A DNA stretch of 64,000 nt, from positions 1,104,606 through 1,168,605 of the forward strand of contig CAJINV010000001.1 of assembly GCA_905178155.1 (NCBI GenBank). Direction: 5' to 3'. Every line of letters begins with the position of its first letter. Within the stretch, counting starts at the first letter, position 1. The notes beneath the pieces are model-generated. The model had not been told where the DNA came from. It saw nothing but the letters and a program-made list of their open reading frames with translations, and did no database searches. Shown here one piece after another: positions 53,090 to 64,000 of this stretch. Source of the stretch: Amoebophrya sp. A120. Lineage: Eukaryota; Protista; Dinoflagellata. The translations under genes and the position numbers were made by a program.

Positions 53090-55749
53090 ATGACCTCCGC
53101 ACTTGTAGGACGACCCCGGCGAACGCGAAAGCACGGTGGGTGTCCGCTTGCTGACTGCGGAAGGAGTAGCGCTATTGCTGCTTTCTCCCCCTCGTCGTCC
53201 CTGGCACTAGTACTGGTTTTTCATTACCTTCTTTCCGGGGTCACAGGGCTCGATGTGCTGGACGACACAAGCTCCAAGAAGGAGATCGCCGCCTGGGCCG
53301 TCGCGCCGAGTGGGAGGCGATTGCGACAGGAGAAGGAACCCCTGCAGCCGAGCGCGAGCGAATCGAGCCCGAGCGTGACCAAGATGGAGGAGCCCGCACC
53401 GAGGAGGCACAGCCCCACCCAGTACCTTTTGGACGCGAATGGCGGGGGCGAGGCTGTGGCCAAGGTCACCAGTGCAGCGTCGCGACACGGGCAGCCGGAA
53501 CCAACCGCGGAAGACCGGAACCCGTCGCAGTTGCAACGTCGAGGTAAAAACTTCGCACACAGCGCCGCTCCGGCAACAAGAGGGTCACCCGCAGCGAAAA
53601 AGGAAGGAAAATGCGGGTGGTTATGGGAATGCCACCGAAGAACGAGCGAGTCTTCTCGGCAGCACACGATTGGCAGCGGAAACGAACAGCACATCGGTCG
53701 GAGGTCATAGCAGCCTCACCGCAGGAGGATCCGGCCGTGAAACGAGCAGGAACTCCGCACGGTTGCAGCGGGGAGCTGCTCGTCCTGAGAGCATTGTACA
53801 GCAGGAGCAGGGACGAATCCATCATGTGGCCACGGGCGCGCAAGGATCGCGAGCCGCGTCGAAGACCATGGGCGCGCTGACTGTCACCGCGGCCACAGCA
53901 TCCAGCGAGTACTCGAAGGACGCGATCAGTGCCAAATTGATTGACTATCAAATGCAAAAATGTCTGGGTCTGGAAGTACGCAAGTTTGTCATGCTTGTCT
54001 GGCATGACTCGAGAATCTGTGTTTCATAGGCACGAAAAAGCCCTCTTACCTGTCATGCAAAAACGCAGTTTGCCATGCCATGCGGAATACGTAAGACATG
54101 GCAGCCAAAAAATTTGTCATGCATAGCTGCGTATTGCAGTGCGTCTATCATTCACTTTTAGCATTACAAGTGTCCAGACCCAGACATATTTGCAATCCAT
54201 ATTGACGGCGACATTACAAGAGATTCAATTGCACTCACCTCGGATGGCGGGAGTGCGTGTGGAAAGGCGCAGAAGTGCCCCTGGTTTCAACTGGATTTGG
54301 GCGCCACGATGACTGTGGACAAGGTGCGTATATATAGTATTTTCTGGTATAATCTTTCTGGTGTGCAATATGGCGAGGGCTCTAATAATATATTTAAATT
54401 TTTTCTAAATTTTTTATGCAGATGTAATCCTTCCATCATGGTCTCTACTTTGGAATTAGATTGTCTTTTTACTGAACAGCTCCTGCCTGTACCTCTGCAA
54501 TGTCACGGCCGAATTGATTCTTTCAAAAAAGGTAAAGCTAAGCTCGCTGTTGGAAATTGGCATGATGCGGCGCAATTTGTTCCTCGAGTTCGTCGGAGCC
54601 AATGGCGTGGTCGCGTATGAGGGAACCGACATGGAGGGTGGAATAAAGGGCGGGATGCGCGTGCTGGTGGGAAACTCGACGCGTGACAGGGAGGGTACGT
54701 CGGCTTGGGACGAGGCCGCTAAATTTTGGAAAGGCACTGCGCACGGGGCCGTTTGCCCGGAGCCGCCTACAGGTACGGAGTGTGAGACGATCCAGTGTGA
54801 GGACCCAGCGACTTGTCTCGACCGCTTCGTTGCAGAACCCACCGACACCACTATCGGCACTGCTACGGTGGTATCAAGTGCAAAAATGTCTGGGTCTGGA
54901 AACTTGTGATGCTGGGTGGCGTAGGATGAGGAGGCCACAGGTGCTGGCTCAGCATGACAAGTTTCTGAGCTTCCAGGTGTTGCCTATTCTGCATGACAGA
55001 CTGCGTTTCTGCATGACAGCAAAGCGGGGCTCTTGGGTAACGTGCATGACAGATTCAAGAGTCATGTCAGGCAAGCATGACAAACATGCCTTCTTCCAGA
55101 CCCAGACATTTTTACAGTTGATAGGTGGACTGCAAGGGTAAGCAGGGCCGGTACGTGACGATTGAGCTGCCGGGCGTTACTGCCACCAGCCCGACACAAG
55201 TTCGCAATGTGGGGCTAACAGAGGTTGCGGTCGAGGGCGGGCCCGCGATAGAGGCGGCAGCAAGTCTCGAGGGTATTGGCGTTCCACTGATTTCTGTTTG
55301 AGTGCAAATCGCCATCGGTATTCGTACAGAGCAATTTTACTTCGGACCATGATCGTGCAAGACTTGTCGTAGCGCAATAGCATCGTACTTACAAAAACTA
55401 GAAATAAGCAACTATATGATGTTAACGCAAACACGATGAGGAAAAGAATAAGACCGATGCTGGATTGATGGCGGATTTTTGTTTGCATCCTGACAGGCTT
55501 TATTCTTGTGGACCCACTAAAGCGCAAAAATACTGGAATTCGCAATGGGTAAAAACCCATAACGTTCGAGGATCGTAACCTCTATGAAAGTTTCCAAATT
55601 TGTTGTTCACCACGACGACAGGAAACGGCACAGCAGGTGAGGATGCCTCTACCACGCCGGCGCCAGAAGCCTCCGCGCGAGCAGTGGCAGCGACTTGCCC
55701 CATCCTCTTGGGCATCGTGCTCGTCGCACAGATTCTGACCGGCGCGTAG
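53090..55749 (+). CDS. F-type lectin-like surface protein, copy 2 (+1 frameshift: pseudogene or sequencing error)
   Basis: Paralog of copy 1 carrying IE17, IE18 and introns 54324-54531 and 55273-55621. An extra base in the A-run at 53597-53601 shifts the frame. Confidence 0.65.
53946..54201. mobile_element. Introner element IE17 (family A)
   Basis: TATCAAATGCAAAAATGTCTGGGTCTGGA...TCCAGACCCAGACATATTTGCAATCCATA, with TTGAC repeats. Empty site at 51362-51366. Confidence 0.95.
54872..55123. mobile_element. Introner element IE18 (family A)
   Basis: TATCAAGTGCAAAAATGTCTGGGTCTGGAA...TTCCAGACCCAGACATTTTTACAGTTGATA, with GGTGG repeats. Empty site at 52019-52023. Confidence 0.95.
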
Positions 55750-56477
55750 CAGATGTCGACAGAGGAGCCGCTTTTTCCAAGCGAAATTGTTTGAGAAAAC
55801 AGAAGGCAAAATAAATATGCAATGGACGCCAGCAGCCCTTGAGCATAAAATGTAAATGCTTGGCTTCAAAAATGCCAAGATTTTGTTGAATGAAACAACC
55901 GAACTGGTCGGACGGATCAAAAATAAGAAATCGAAGATGCTCCTCTCGGGTGCGTATGCATCGCAATCACTGCGATTGACGAAAGGGAAGAGAAGCGGTA
56001 ACTTAGTTGCTTGCCCCGCCTGTTCTTCGCTTTGCACCCGGAGGAAATAACCGTCGCTACGTCCTCTAGGTTGTGGTCGCGCAACAGAACTCCTTTCACA
56101 CGTGAGTAAGATCAATGCCCGATAATTTTCGATGCTACAGCCGAATCATTTTTTTTGGTACATCACTCTTTCTTTGGTTAGATAAATCACTTTCTGATCG
56201 CGATCCAATCTATTGCGTTCGCAATATCCGATCATCAAGCTTTGATTTCTTTGTCTGCTACAACAGCGGCCGAGCTTTTACTGAGGGCGTATCAACAAAC
56301 CACTACTTCTTTATTTTACGGCAAGCATCTTCAGTTTTGGCTCCGCTTGTCGTTTTTGTCGCTATAAGCCGCTGATTGTACAACTGAGCATCTGTATTGA
56401 TCCTGTAGAGCAGAACAAGACGTGGGCTGCTTCTACCCGCGCCGGGTCCTACTTACTCCTGATTCTCCCTGTAGTAA

Positions 56478-57570
56478 GTAAGTAAGTACCTCTCGTCTAT
56501 GTGTCACAATGGAGATAAACGAAGAGCCTCCTCCAGTAGGGGATTCCATTTGTAGTGGAGATAAACGAAGAGCCTCCTCCAGTAGGAGATAAACGAAGAG
56601 CCTCCTCACAATGGAGATAAACGAAGTTCCAGGGAGGGATTCCATTTGTGTCTCCTTCCCTCGGAAGGGGTGTGTCTCTGGGAATTCCGTCTTCATTTCG
56701 CCTTCCCTCGGAAGATCCATCCGTCCCTCTCGGAGTTACATTCCCGCATCGCCTCCTCTCGGGAGACCCATTGCTCATGGGATTCCGTTTCCATTTCGCC
56801 TTCCTGGGGATGGTGTCAGTCTCGGGGGATTCCGTTTTGCCTTCCTGCGGAAGGTGTCTCGGGGGCCGCCATTTCGCCTTCCTTGCCCTCTGGTAGGTCG
56901 CTCCCTGGCGGAAGGACCGCTGCTTGATTGCCTCTTGGGAGAGTGTGAGTTGTTTATTTCCTGGCTGGCGCGAAGCTTTCGCCATCGACTCCAGATTGAT
57001 GAATGGCCCGAGCTTATTGACACCTCCTGCGCGACGTGGGTGGTTCGGGGTTTTTCTGTGCCCGGGCTCGCCGAGGCGTTTTGGATTCGGCTTCGGAGCG
57101 CGCAGGTTTGCGGCTGTCCGGGGCTGTGCGCGTGTGCTTACAGCTTTTGCGCCGGGGGCCCCGGGTTTTTTCTTTTGTGTCCCGGGGCCTCGTCACATCT
57201 ACGCCCCGGGGCCCTGGAACATGCATGGCCCGTCGGAAGGCAGGCCAGCCTTCGGTAAAGGTAGGGAGGCGGGGGGCCCGAAGCACAGGCTGGCGCGTGC
57301 ATGGTGAATAACGTTTGGCGGTGGAGGAGATAACGGGGCCCGCGCAGTGCTTCTCGCGGAAACGGGAAACGGGACACGCAACTTGATTCTAGGACCAAAC
57401 CTGATTCCAGTCAACTTGATTCCAGCGTCCAACTTGATTCCATTTAACTTGATTCCAGTTACCAACTTGATTCCAACAATTTGATCAACTTGATTCCTTG
57501 GACGTCCGTAAGTAAGTACCTCTCGTCTATGTGTCACAATGGAGATAAACGAAGAGCCTCCTCCAGTAGG
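56478..57570. repeat. ~1-kb insertion bracketed by a 63-bp direct repeat containing the start codon of the next gene
   Basis: GTAAGTAAGTACC...CCTCCAGTAGG at 56478-56540 and 57508-57570. Further partial copies at ~56558-56626. Confidence 0.8.
57380..57497. repeat. Tandem AACTTGATTCC-core repeats (~8 copies, 15-21-bp period)
   Basis: Visible directly at the right end of the 1-kb insertion. Confidence 0.85.
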
Positions 57571-59772
57571 TGCCTCGGGCGAGCGGTTGACCAAGGGACA
57601 GAAGAAAAAGCAGCGGCAAAAGGTGTTTCGTGCCGGGAAGGCGGAATACGTGTCTCCGCGCTACACAGTGGAGGACGTGGAGCGGCTCTGCGCCCCCTGC
57701 TTATCCACGGTTCTTCCCGACTTTGCGCCGAGAAGTTCTAGTTGCGGCGGAACTTCTACAATCAAGCCAGCGAGCAGTAGTTCCACTTCATCGTGCAGCA
57801 AAACAACCAGCACTTTCGCCCCCTCAGGAAGGTCGATCTCTACTGGCGTAGCAACTGAAATTCCACCAAACCAGAGCACCAGTAGTCCTTGTTTCACTGG
57901 TTGCTTTTTGCGCAGTTTGTACGGAGTTTTCCCGCCCCCGGAGAAGCTGTTGGACGGGGACGCTGCCGAGTTCCGGCTGCTTCCCAGCGTACGCTGGGCG
58001 GTGCTCCAGCGCGCAGCAGGGCCGAGCTCTTTGGATGAGTTGGTGGAGCGGCTGCAGCGGCTGCTCGCGGACACGGCCCCGACACTCGTGGAGGACGCGC
58101 GCCGGTTTCCGGGGCTGGTCCGCAAGGTGGCGCGGAAAAATTTTTCGGCCGCAGCTCCAAATGTTCCCAGGGGCAGCAGCCGACGACCGGATTTTAGTAG
58201 TACTACCCATAATTCCGCCGACCCGGCCGCCCCGGCATTCCGATCCACCGCGCGCGACTACCTCGCCACGCTGGTGCTGTTGGAAATTCCCGTTGGAGTG
58301 CGACATTGGAAAAATCCACCTGGTACGCAAGCAGCTGCGGGGATACTAGGTGTGCAAACAACCACAGGCACAATACTAGAAGGCAGAACAGCATGTTCGT
58401 TGCAGCACGGTGACCAAGAAGACGCTTGTTCGGTAGACTTCTTCTCGTTCAAAAGCTGCTACCTCAACTGGCTGCGGGACGGGCGGATACACGAGTTGGT
58501 GTGCGAATACCAACTTTCGACTAGTACTAGAAACACGGGTATTAGCACCTCTGTTGTACTACCTCCAGGCTGCACGACCACAGCAGACAGGAACGGCGCC
58601 ACACCAGTGGCAGGCAGCACCACCGCACCAGCAGGAGAGCCTTCTTCCGGGCTTGTGAGCACGCCACTAACGGCGACCGTCCACATATCCTGTGTAAAGA
58701 CGTCCCCACACCAGAGGCAAGATCGGAATTTTTCTCCAAGACAAATCCAGAACCAACTTCTGGGAGGACTCACGCATGACAAGCTCTTGGCTTTTGCAGT
58801 GCAGGCGTGCCGAGCTAGTCCAGACGCATCACAGATTTGCTCTCTTATCCTGATTAGCGCACGACAGATCATTTCCAAGCACAAGGGGAAACAAAACGCA
58901 TCCTCCCATGAGGCGTCGAGTGAGAGATGTAAGTATCATGTTCTGGGCATGCATCAAGTCTTCAGTATGCACGAACCCCTCTGGGGCGGGGACCACGTTT
59001 TTCCTCGCAATACCACATCGGCTTTGGAGAAGGTGTCGCCGCACAGCAGCAGGCCGCGGCGAGCCCAGTAGTGCCGATGGTCGGTGGAGGTGGTGCTTCA
59101 AGCAGCTCTACTAGTACCACAGCGAGGTCTTCTGGTGAACGCGGAACATCAAGGGGAAGAGGAAACGAACCGCCGGCCGGAGCGGCCGCCGCTTCCTCTG
59201 CAGCTTCTCCTATTCACGCGCCAGCACCCACGACCGCAAGTTCCGCCTCTACGTGGTGTTGCGGCGACACCACGGTGCGCGCGCAGTCCGATAGTCTGTG
59301 CACCTTTTCGCTGGGTCCCGACCAGGTGTGGGTAAGTGCGGGGAGAGAGTTTACCGAGCCCTTTACGCAGGCCTTCCTGGAAACCCACCGTGCGACCAAG
59401 GCCCGACTAGCGGAGCGGCGGGAGCAGCTGGTGCCACAAAAGCTGCTCTTTTGGCTCGGGGAGGGCGAAAATTATAATCAAGAGGGAACAGGTTTCGGCA
59501 TCAGTTTCGGTGGATTGCTTTCACAAGAAGACCATGCCATTTTGGCAGCGGTTGAAGAAAATTCAAATTATGCCGCGAGCAGTAGTAGTTACAATTCTCT
59601 GCAGCAAGTAGATCATGCTGTTGCCATCGCTATGGAACAAGATATGGCCATCAATGCCGACGTTGGCCAGGGCAGTTGTCTCCAAGACGATGAGTTGCTG
59701 TCGCTTGACTCGGAAAGTTCCAAAAACATGGAAGACTTTTCGGACATGGATGAGTCTCCCAGTTCGCGATAA
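57539..59772 (+). CDS. Hypothetical Ser/Thr-rich protein, interrupted by IE19
   Basis: ORF 57539 joins ORF 59071..59772 in frame (TVH-IGFGEG..VPMVGG) only after removing IE19 plus one CCACA. No family recognised. Confidence 0.65.
58686..59012. mobile_element. Introner element IE19 (family B-like)
   Basis: TATCCTGTGTAAAGACGTCCCCACACCAGAG...CTCTGGGGCGGGGACCACGTTTTTCCTCGCAATA, with perfect CCACA repeats. Confidence 0.88.
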
Positions 59773-60834
59773 AGCTGCGCGGGCGGGCATAGTGTGTTGC
59801 ACTATGGTTGCAATAACGCGAAAAATGTTTTTAAACTGTGAATTCGGCGCAGCTTCGGCTTGAAGTTGAACGACAGCGGCGGTGTGCTTTTTTTTGTTCT
59901 AGTGAAGATGAGAAACAGGATCAAAAAAGGCAACGGCGACAAGAGTAGCAGCTCGATGGCTACTAGAGCCGTAATGGGTTTCGTTCTGCAAGAATGGGAC
60001 AATCTGGGTTCTTCCTGGTGCAACAGATGTAGCGTTTTGAAACGAAAGAGACCGAGGAGATGAAGCTGAATCTTCTTTGCAGGCAGGCGTGATCTCCGAT
60101 AGCTGCGCATCATGATATCATCGCACTTTGGTGCATATTCTCGGTCCGCCTCGTGGCCGCGTCGGAAGAAAAGCAAAAGTGCACTTGAGCAAGACGATCT
60201 CGTGTAATTTAAGAAAGAAGATTGAAGAAAGATCAACCAGATCTGGACACGAACTACTACGTTGACATTTTTTTTTGCGCCTTACTTTTAGCCTTAGCCT
60301 GGTTCACACTTACGCGACGTCCTTTAGTTTTTTGCAGCGACGTCTTCCGGAATAAAATCGTCATTTTTTATTGTTCCAAGCAACTCCATATCGCTGTAGA
60401 AGTTTACATTCATTTTGTCCTTTACTTTAAACCAAGTAGTCACTAGCTCGTCGTACCGCAAAATCCGCTCGCGAAATAAATACTTCTAGCTTCTCGCATG
60501 AAAACATGTCACGCAAGCGGCCTCCACCACACGGATTACCCCTTTTCGTAGGGTAAAAAACTGCCATCTACGAGCGTCCTGCGATATCACCGCCGGGGCA
60601 AAGGGAGAAAGAGGCGGTGGACCTCCGATGAATATCAGTAGATGGCGGAGGACATCAGTAATACTCATGTAGCACTGCCACCGGTTCGCCGTTGAGTCCA
60701 AACGAGAAATATCAAATCGCGCAGAACTACGAAACAGCCGCCTCTACCTCCAGGGTGTTCCTCGGAGTATTAGACTCCCAGACAGTAAATATAACTGTAT
60801 CGACGAGAAGTGGAAGTCCAGGAGTCGTCGGAAA

Positions 60835-63667
60835 ATGAACTCGCGTTTGGCAGAGTTCCGGAAGAAGCTCGGGGAGCTGAATACGAAGTCGTCCTCGAAA
60901 ATCCGGGAGCTCACTGATGTTGCAATCCGGTACCAGAATGAGGCGCTGGACATGTCTCTGCAGTGGGACGCAGAGGTCAAGGCCGCGGGCATTGTGCGCT
61001 ACCAACCCTTGTTTTCGCTGGTGGATAGTATCTTGAAGAAAGCCTCCGCCGCCTACAAGGCGCCCCTCGGGCAAATCTTGCTCGAAAGGTACCACTTTGC
61101 GAGTCGGAAGATGTGGTCCTTCGGATTATTTCGACACCACTCTTGCACTAGAAATGCTTGCGGTTCATCTCGCAGCCTTGATTCTTGCACCGACGAATTT
61201 TTTGTCTCCAACAAAATTTTTTGCATGGCTGCCGTGTTAGTTGCTGAAGAGATGTTGTTCTAGATTTACAATCCATTTCAGCCACCTTGTGTGCAGCACG
61301 GATCCAGCGTATGATCGATTGTTGATCAATCTTTCTATCTACAGGTATCCGGAGTGCGTGCGCAAGCTGAAGCTCGAGAAGGACGAGAAGAACCTGGAGT
61401 TTTTCCACAAGATGCTGACCGTGAGCTGGATCAAGCATTCGCTGCTGGCGGCGGACATTTTGAGCGACATCGAGAAGCGGGTGGAGGAGATCAAGAACGG
61501 GGTTGTGCCACTGCAGCCCGCGCCCCCGGCCTCCAGCCGCGCCGGCGCCACGGTGCCCGCGGTGCAGGCGGGGCGGACCACCGTGGCCGCGGGGGGCCAG
61601 TACGACGAGGCCAAGCGCAAGCGGATCATCCAGATTATGCACAACCTGGTGACGGGGCAGATCGCGCCGGGCGACCGGGAGGAGATCATCACCATCCCCG
61701 AGATTTGCGAGGCCATCCGCCTGCAGAAGGAGGGAAAGAAGTTCGAGGCGCAGAAGCAGCTGGCGCGGTTCAAGCAAGTTCTAGAGCCGGACGGGGATGA
61801 CAGCGCCGGGTTCGGCGTCGTTGCGCCCCCGCAACAGCCGGGAGTCAGGGTAAGGAAGGATCTTTAATATCAGAACTGTGTGGTGGTCGCCGTATGATAT
61901 TTAGTACCCTGTGTCCTTTACTTTGCGCGTTTCAACTTGATTGTCGTGCAAATGGCATAAAAAAGTAGAACAGTCGCGTAAATAACGTTGCAGTTATACA
62001 TCTTCGTCCTGCATCGAGTTCGAGATGAATCCTCACACAACGCACGAAAGAACTGAAATTCTAGGGCGCGGCGCAGCAGCCCGGCGGCAAGGCAGCAGAC
62101 GCGTTTGGCGCGAAGCGGCCCGCTGGTCCGCAACAGGACACAGCCGCGAATGCGGCGAAGCGGGCGAAGCTGGACAACCGCGTCTTCAACATGGACTGGT
62201 GCGCACGGTTTCTCGAGAAGCTGCCGGGCCACAAGAAAACCTGGCACGCACAGGGGGTGGGGCGGCAGATCCTGGGCTCCACGCAGGACCAGTATCTTGG
62301 AGTGGATGAACTCCACCCCAACGAAGTGCAATTAATTCTCCAGTTTATCTTTCAGGTATAAAGAGTACTATAAAGTAGTAGTAGCACCCCGTTGCGACTG
62401 CGAGGAGTGCGTCTGCTTCATCTAGTGTTGTGATGTTTATTTTTCATGCTGATACTATTTCAGAGGACAACTTCTAGCTACTAGTAGCCAACACTTCTTC
62501 TCGTCCCACTACTCCAAAGTCACGGCAACAGAAGCAAGTCAGCGTTTACCTGCCAGGAATACGTGGAGGTCCGTGCGGACTCCTGAGAATGCAACCTGAA
62601 AATCTTCACGAACCTTATTGAACAGGTGGAGGAACACATCCGTGCAAGCGAGGAAGCGGCCTTGGAGAGCTCCGCCATCCCGCTCCACTTCAACACGGTG
62701 CGGCACGTGAAGGCGGAGCGGTTGCTGGAAAAGTACTACGAGGATTTCCCGTTTCAGTGCATGACGTCCGGTCGCCGGTTCCAGACCCGGGCGACGCTGG
62801 CGCTTTTTCTGGACCAGCACTACAAGAACAATCTGAAACGACGGAAAATGATGCAGCGAGATCCGACAAAGATCACCGAGGAAAAGACCTACCGAGGTAT
62901 AGGGGATGAAGCGGTTTTGATTAAGATTTCTCGACGTGAGAAGAAGTGTCTGATATGTAGATGCATCAAATGTTGTAAATGTAAAAAAACGTCGACCTGC
63001 ACCTGGTTACGCTACATGTACAGTCCTTTTCATGTTGGCGAAATTCGGAGGCAAGCGCAAGAACTGAATGCGATGTAGATGTACTAAATGACTTTAATAC
63101 AACTCCGCAGGCTGGGAGAATACAGTGCAGGACATTATGGGTGTGCGAGACCTGAAACTAGGCTCGCTGTGGCAGCAGGACAAAAAGGTAGAGGAGCACC
63201 GGGAAGAGCAGGAGGCCGAGGAAGAGCAAAGCAACGCGGACGACACCGCTATGGAAAATATTGCGCCCTACTCGGAAGGCCAACCCTGTTGCCCGGTCTG
63301 CGGCGAGCTCTTCAGCAAGGTTCGACGCTTGTAGACGATTTTTTTGCATTATACACAGATACTGCTTGTTTTTATGCGAGAAATGGACTTTTTATTACGT
63401 GTGTCTGTTTGTACGGGGGGGGACAAGTTTATTTTCATTTGGATAGTTGTAGTTCTTGCGACCATTTGTCTATCACTATCACAATGGAACAAACTTTTCA
63501 ACTACCAGGTGTTCTTCAACGGTGACTGGTGGGTAACCGGGGTAACAGTAATGGACGTGATAAACATGGCCCCCCTTCGGTACGATACCTCCTCCAGTGG
63601 CCGCCGGCTTCACGAGAACGCGCTGATTTACCACAAAGGGTGCCTGCCGGATTCCATTCAGATGTGA
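60835..63667 (+). CDS. PCF11: PCF11-like pre-mRNA cleavage/polyadenylation factor, multi-exon
   Basis: N-terminal CID-like segment (IRELT..LVDSILK). C-terminal YYEDFPFQCMTSGRRF..LDQHYKNN, CPVCGELF, DWWV, IYHKGC. About five GT-AG introns; middle exon boundaries uncertain. Confidence 0.7.
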
Positions 63668-64000
63668 TGACGGGCGAAGGCCGGATGCGAGGACATGGGG
63701 GGAAAGAGGGAGCAGCAGACCAAAGTGTCAGCAATTTCTGCTCCACTTTACTTCCCAGAAATGTCAGGCCGGCCGCACTTGTGTTGAGTGGAACAGGAGT
63801 AACAAGAAGATCCCAGCGACAAAAGTCACACTTGTGAATCAACAAAGTAACGACGACGACAATAAGGTAAAGCGACTAGTAAAAGTGAGTACAATAATCA
63901 CAAAAGCGGACGACGATGTCCTTTATCGGGAGGAATCTACCCACGACGTCGGATAGAAGTTGTGAATCTGCTGTTCACAACAAGACTTGGACGAAATTAC

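Larger units (their letters stand above)
49799..55817. repeat. Tandem segmental duplication (49799-52334 and 52360-55817)
   Basis: Upstream region, gene, shared intron and 3' flank align closely from TTCTACTGCAGC to AGAAG(C/G)CAAAA(A)TAAA. Confidence 0.9.

Overview
Gene-dense eukaryotic DNA, most consistent with a Syndiniales/dinoflagellate-type alveolate such as Amoebophrya. This is an inference from the intron type; no database search was possible. About ten host genes are present: an SLC35A-like nucleotide-sugar transporter, an ADP-ribosylglycohydrolase, a DUF4091/GH123-like protein, BOP1, an EAPP-like protein, a GT17+GT32 glycosyltransferase fusion, two tandem F-type-lectin-like surface proteins, one hypothetical protein and a PCF11-like protein. 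Seven of them are interrupted by 19 short (143-327 bp) introner/MITE-like elements that share one grammar: 5-bp direct repeat, TAT...terminal inverted repeats...ATA, 5-bp direct repeat. All 19 lie inside coding exons. Members of the same family occur in both orientations relative to transcription, and those tested cannot be read as GT-AG introns. Removing an element plus one repeat copy restores the reading frame, and three have empty paralogous sites within the window. Two apparently intact, unusual retroelements are also present. The first is a 7.66-kb tyrosine-recombinase retrotransposon (8817-16477) with order YR-gag-RT/RNaseH, a gag split by three GT-AG introns, and split direct repeats whose circle-junction copy lies upstream of the ORFs. 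The second is a giant single-ORF (3888 codons) non-LTR retrotransposon with OTU-like protease, C2H2 fingers, APE endonuclease and an RT with a CIDD catalytic motif.
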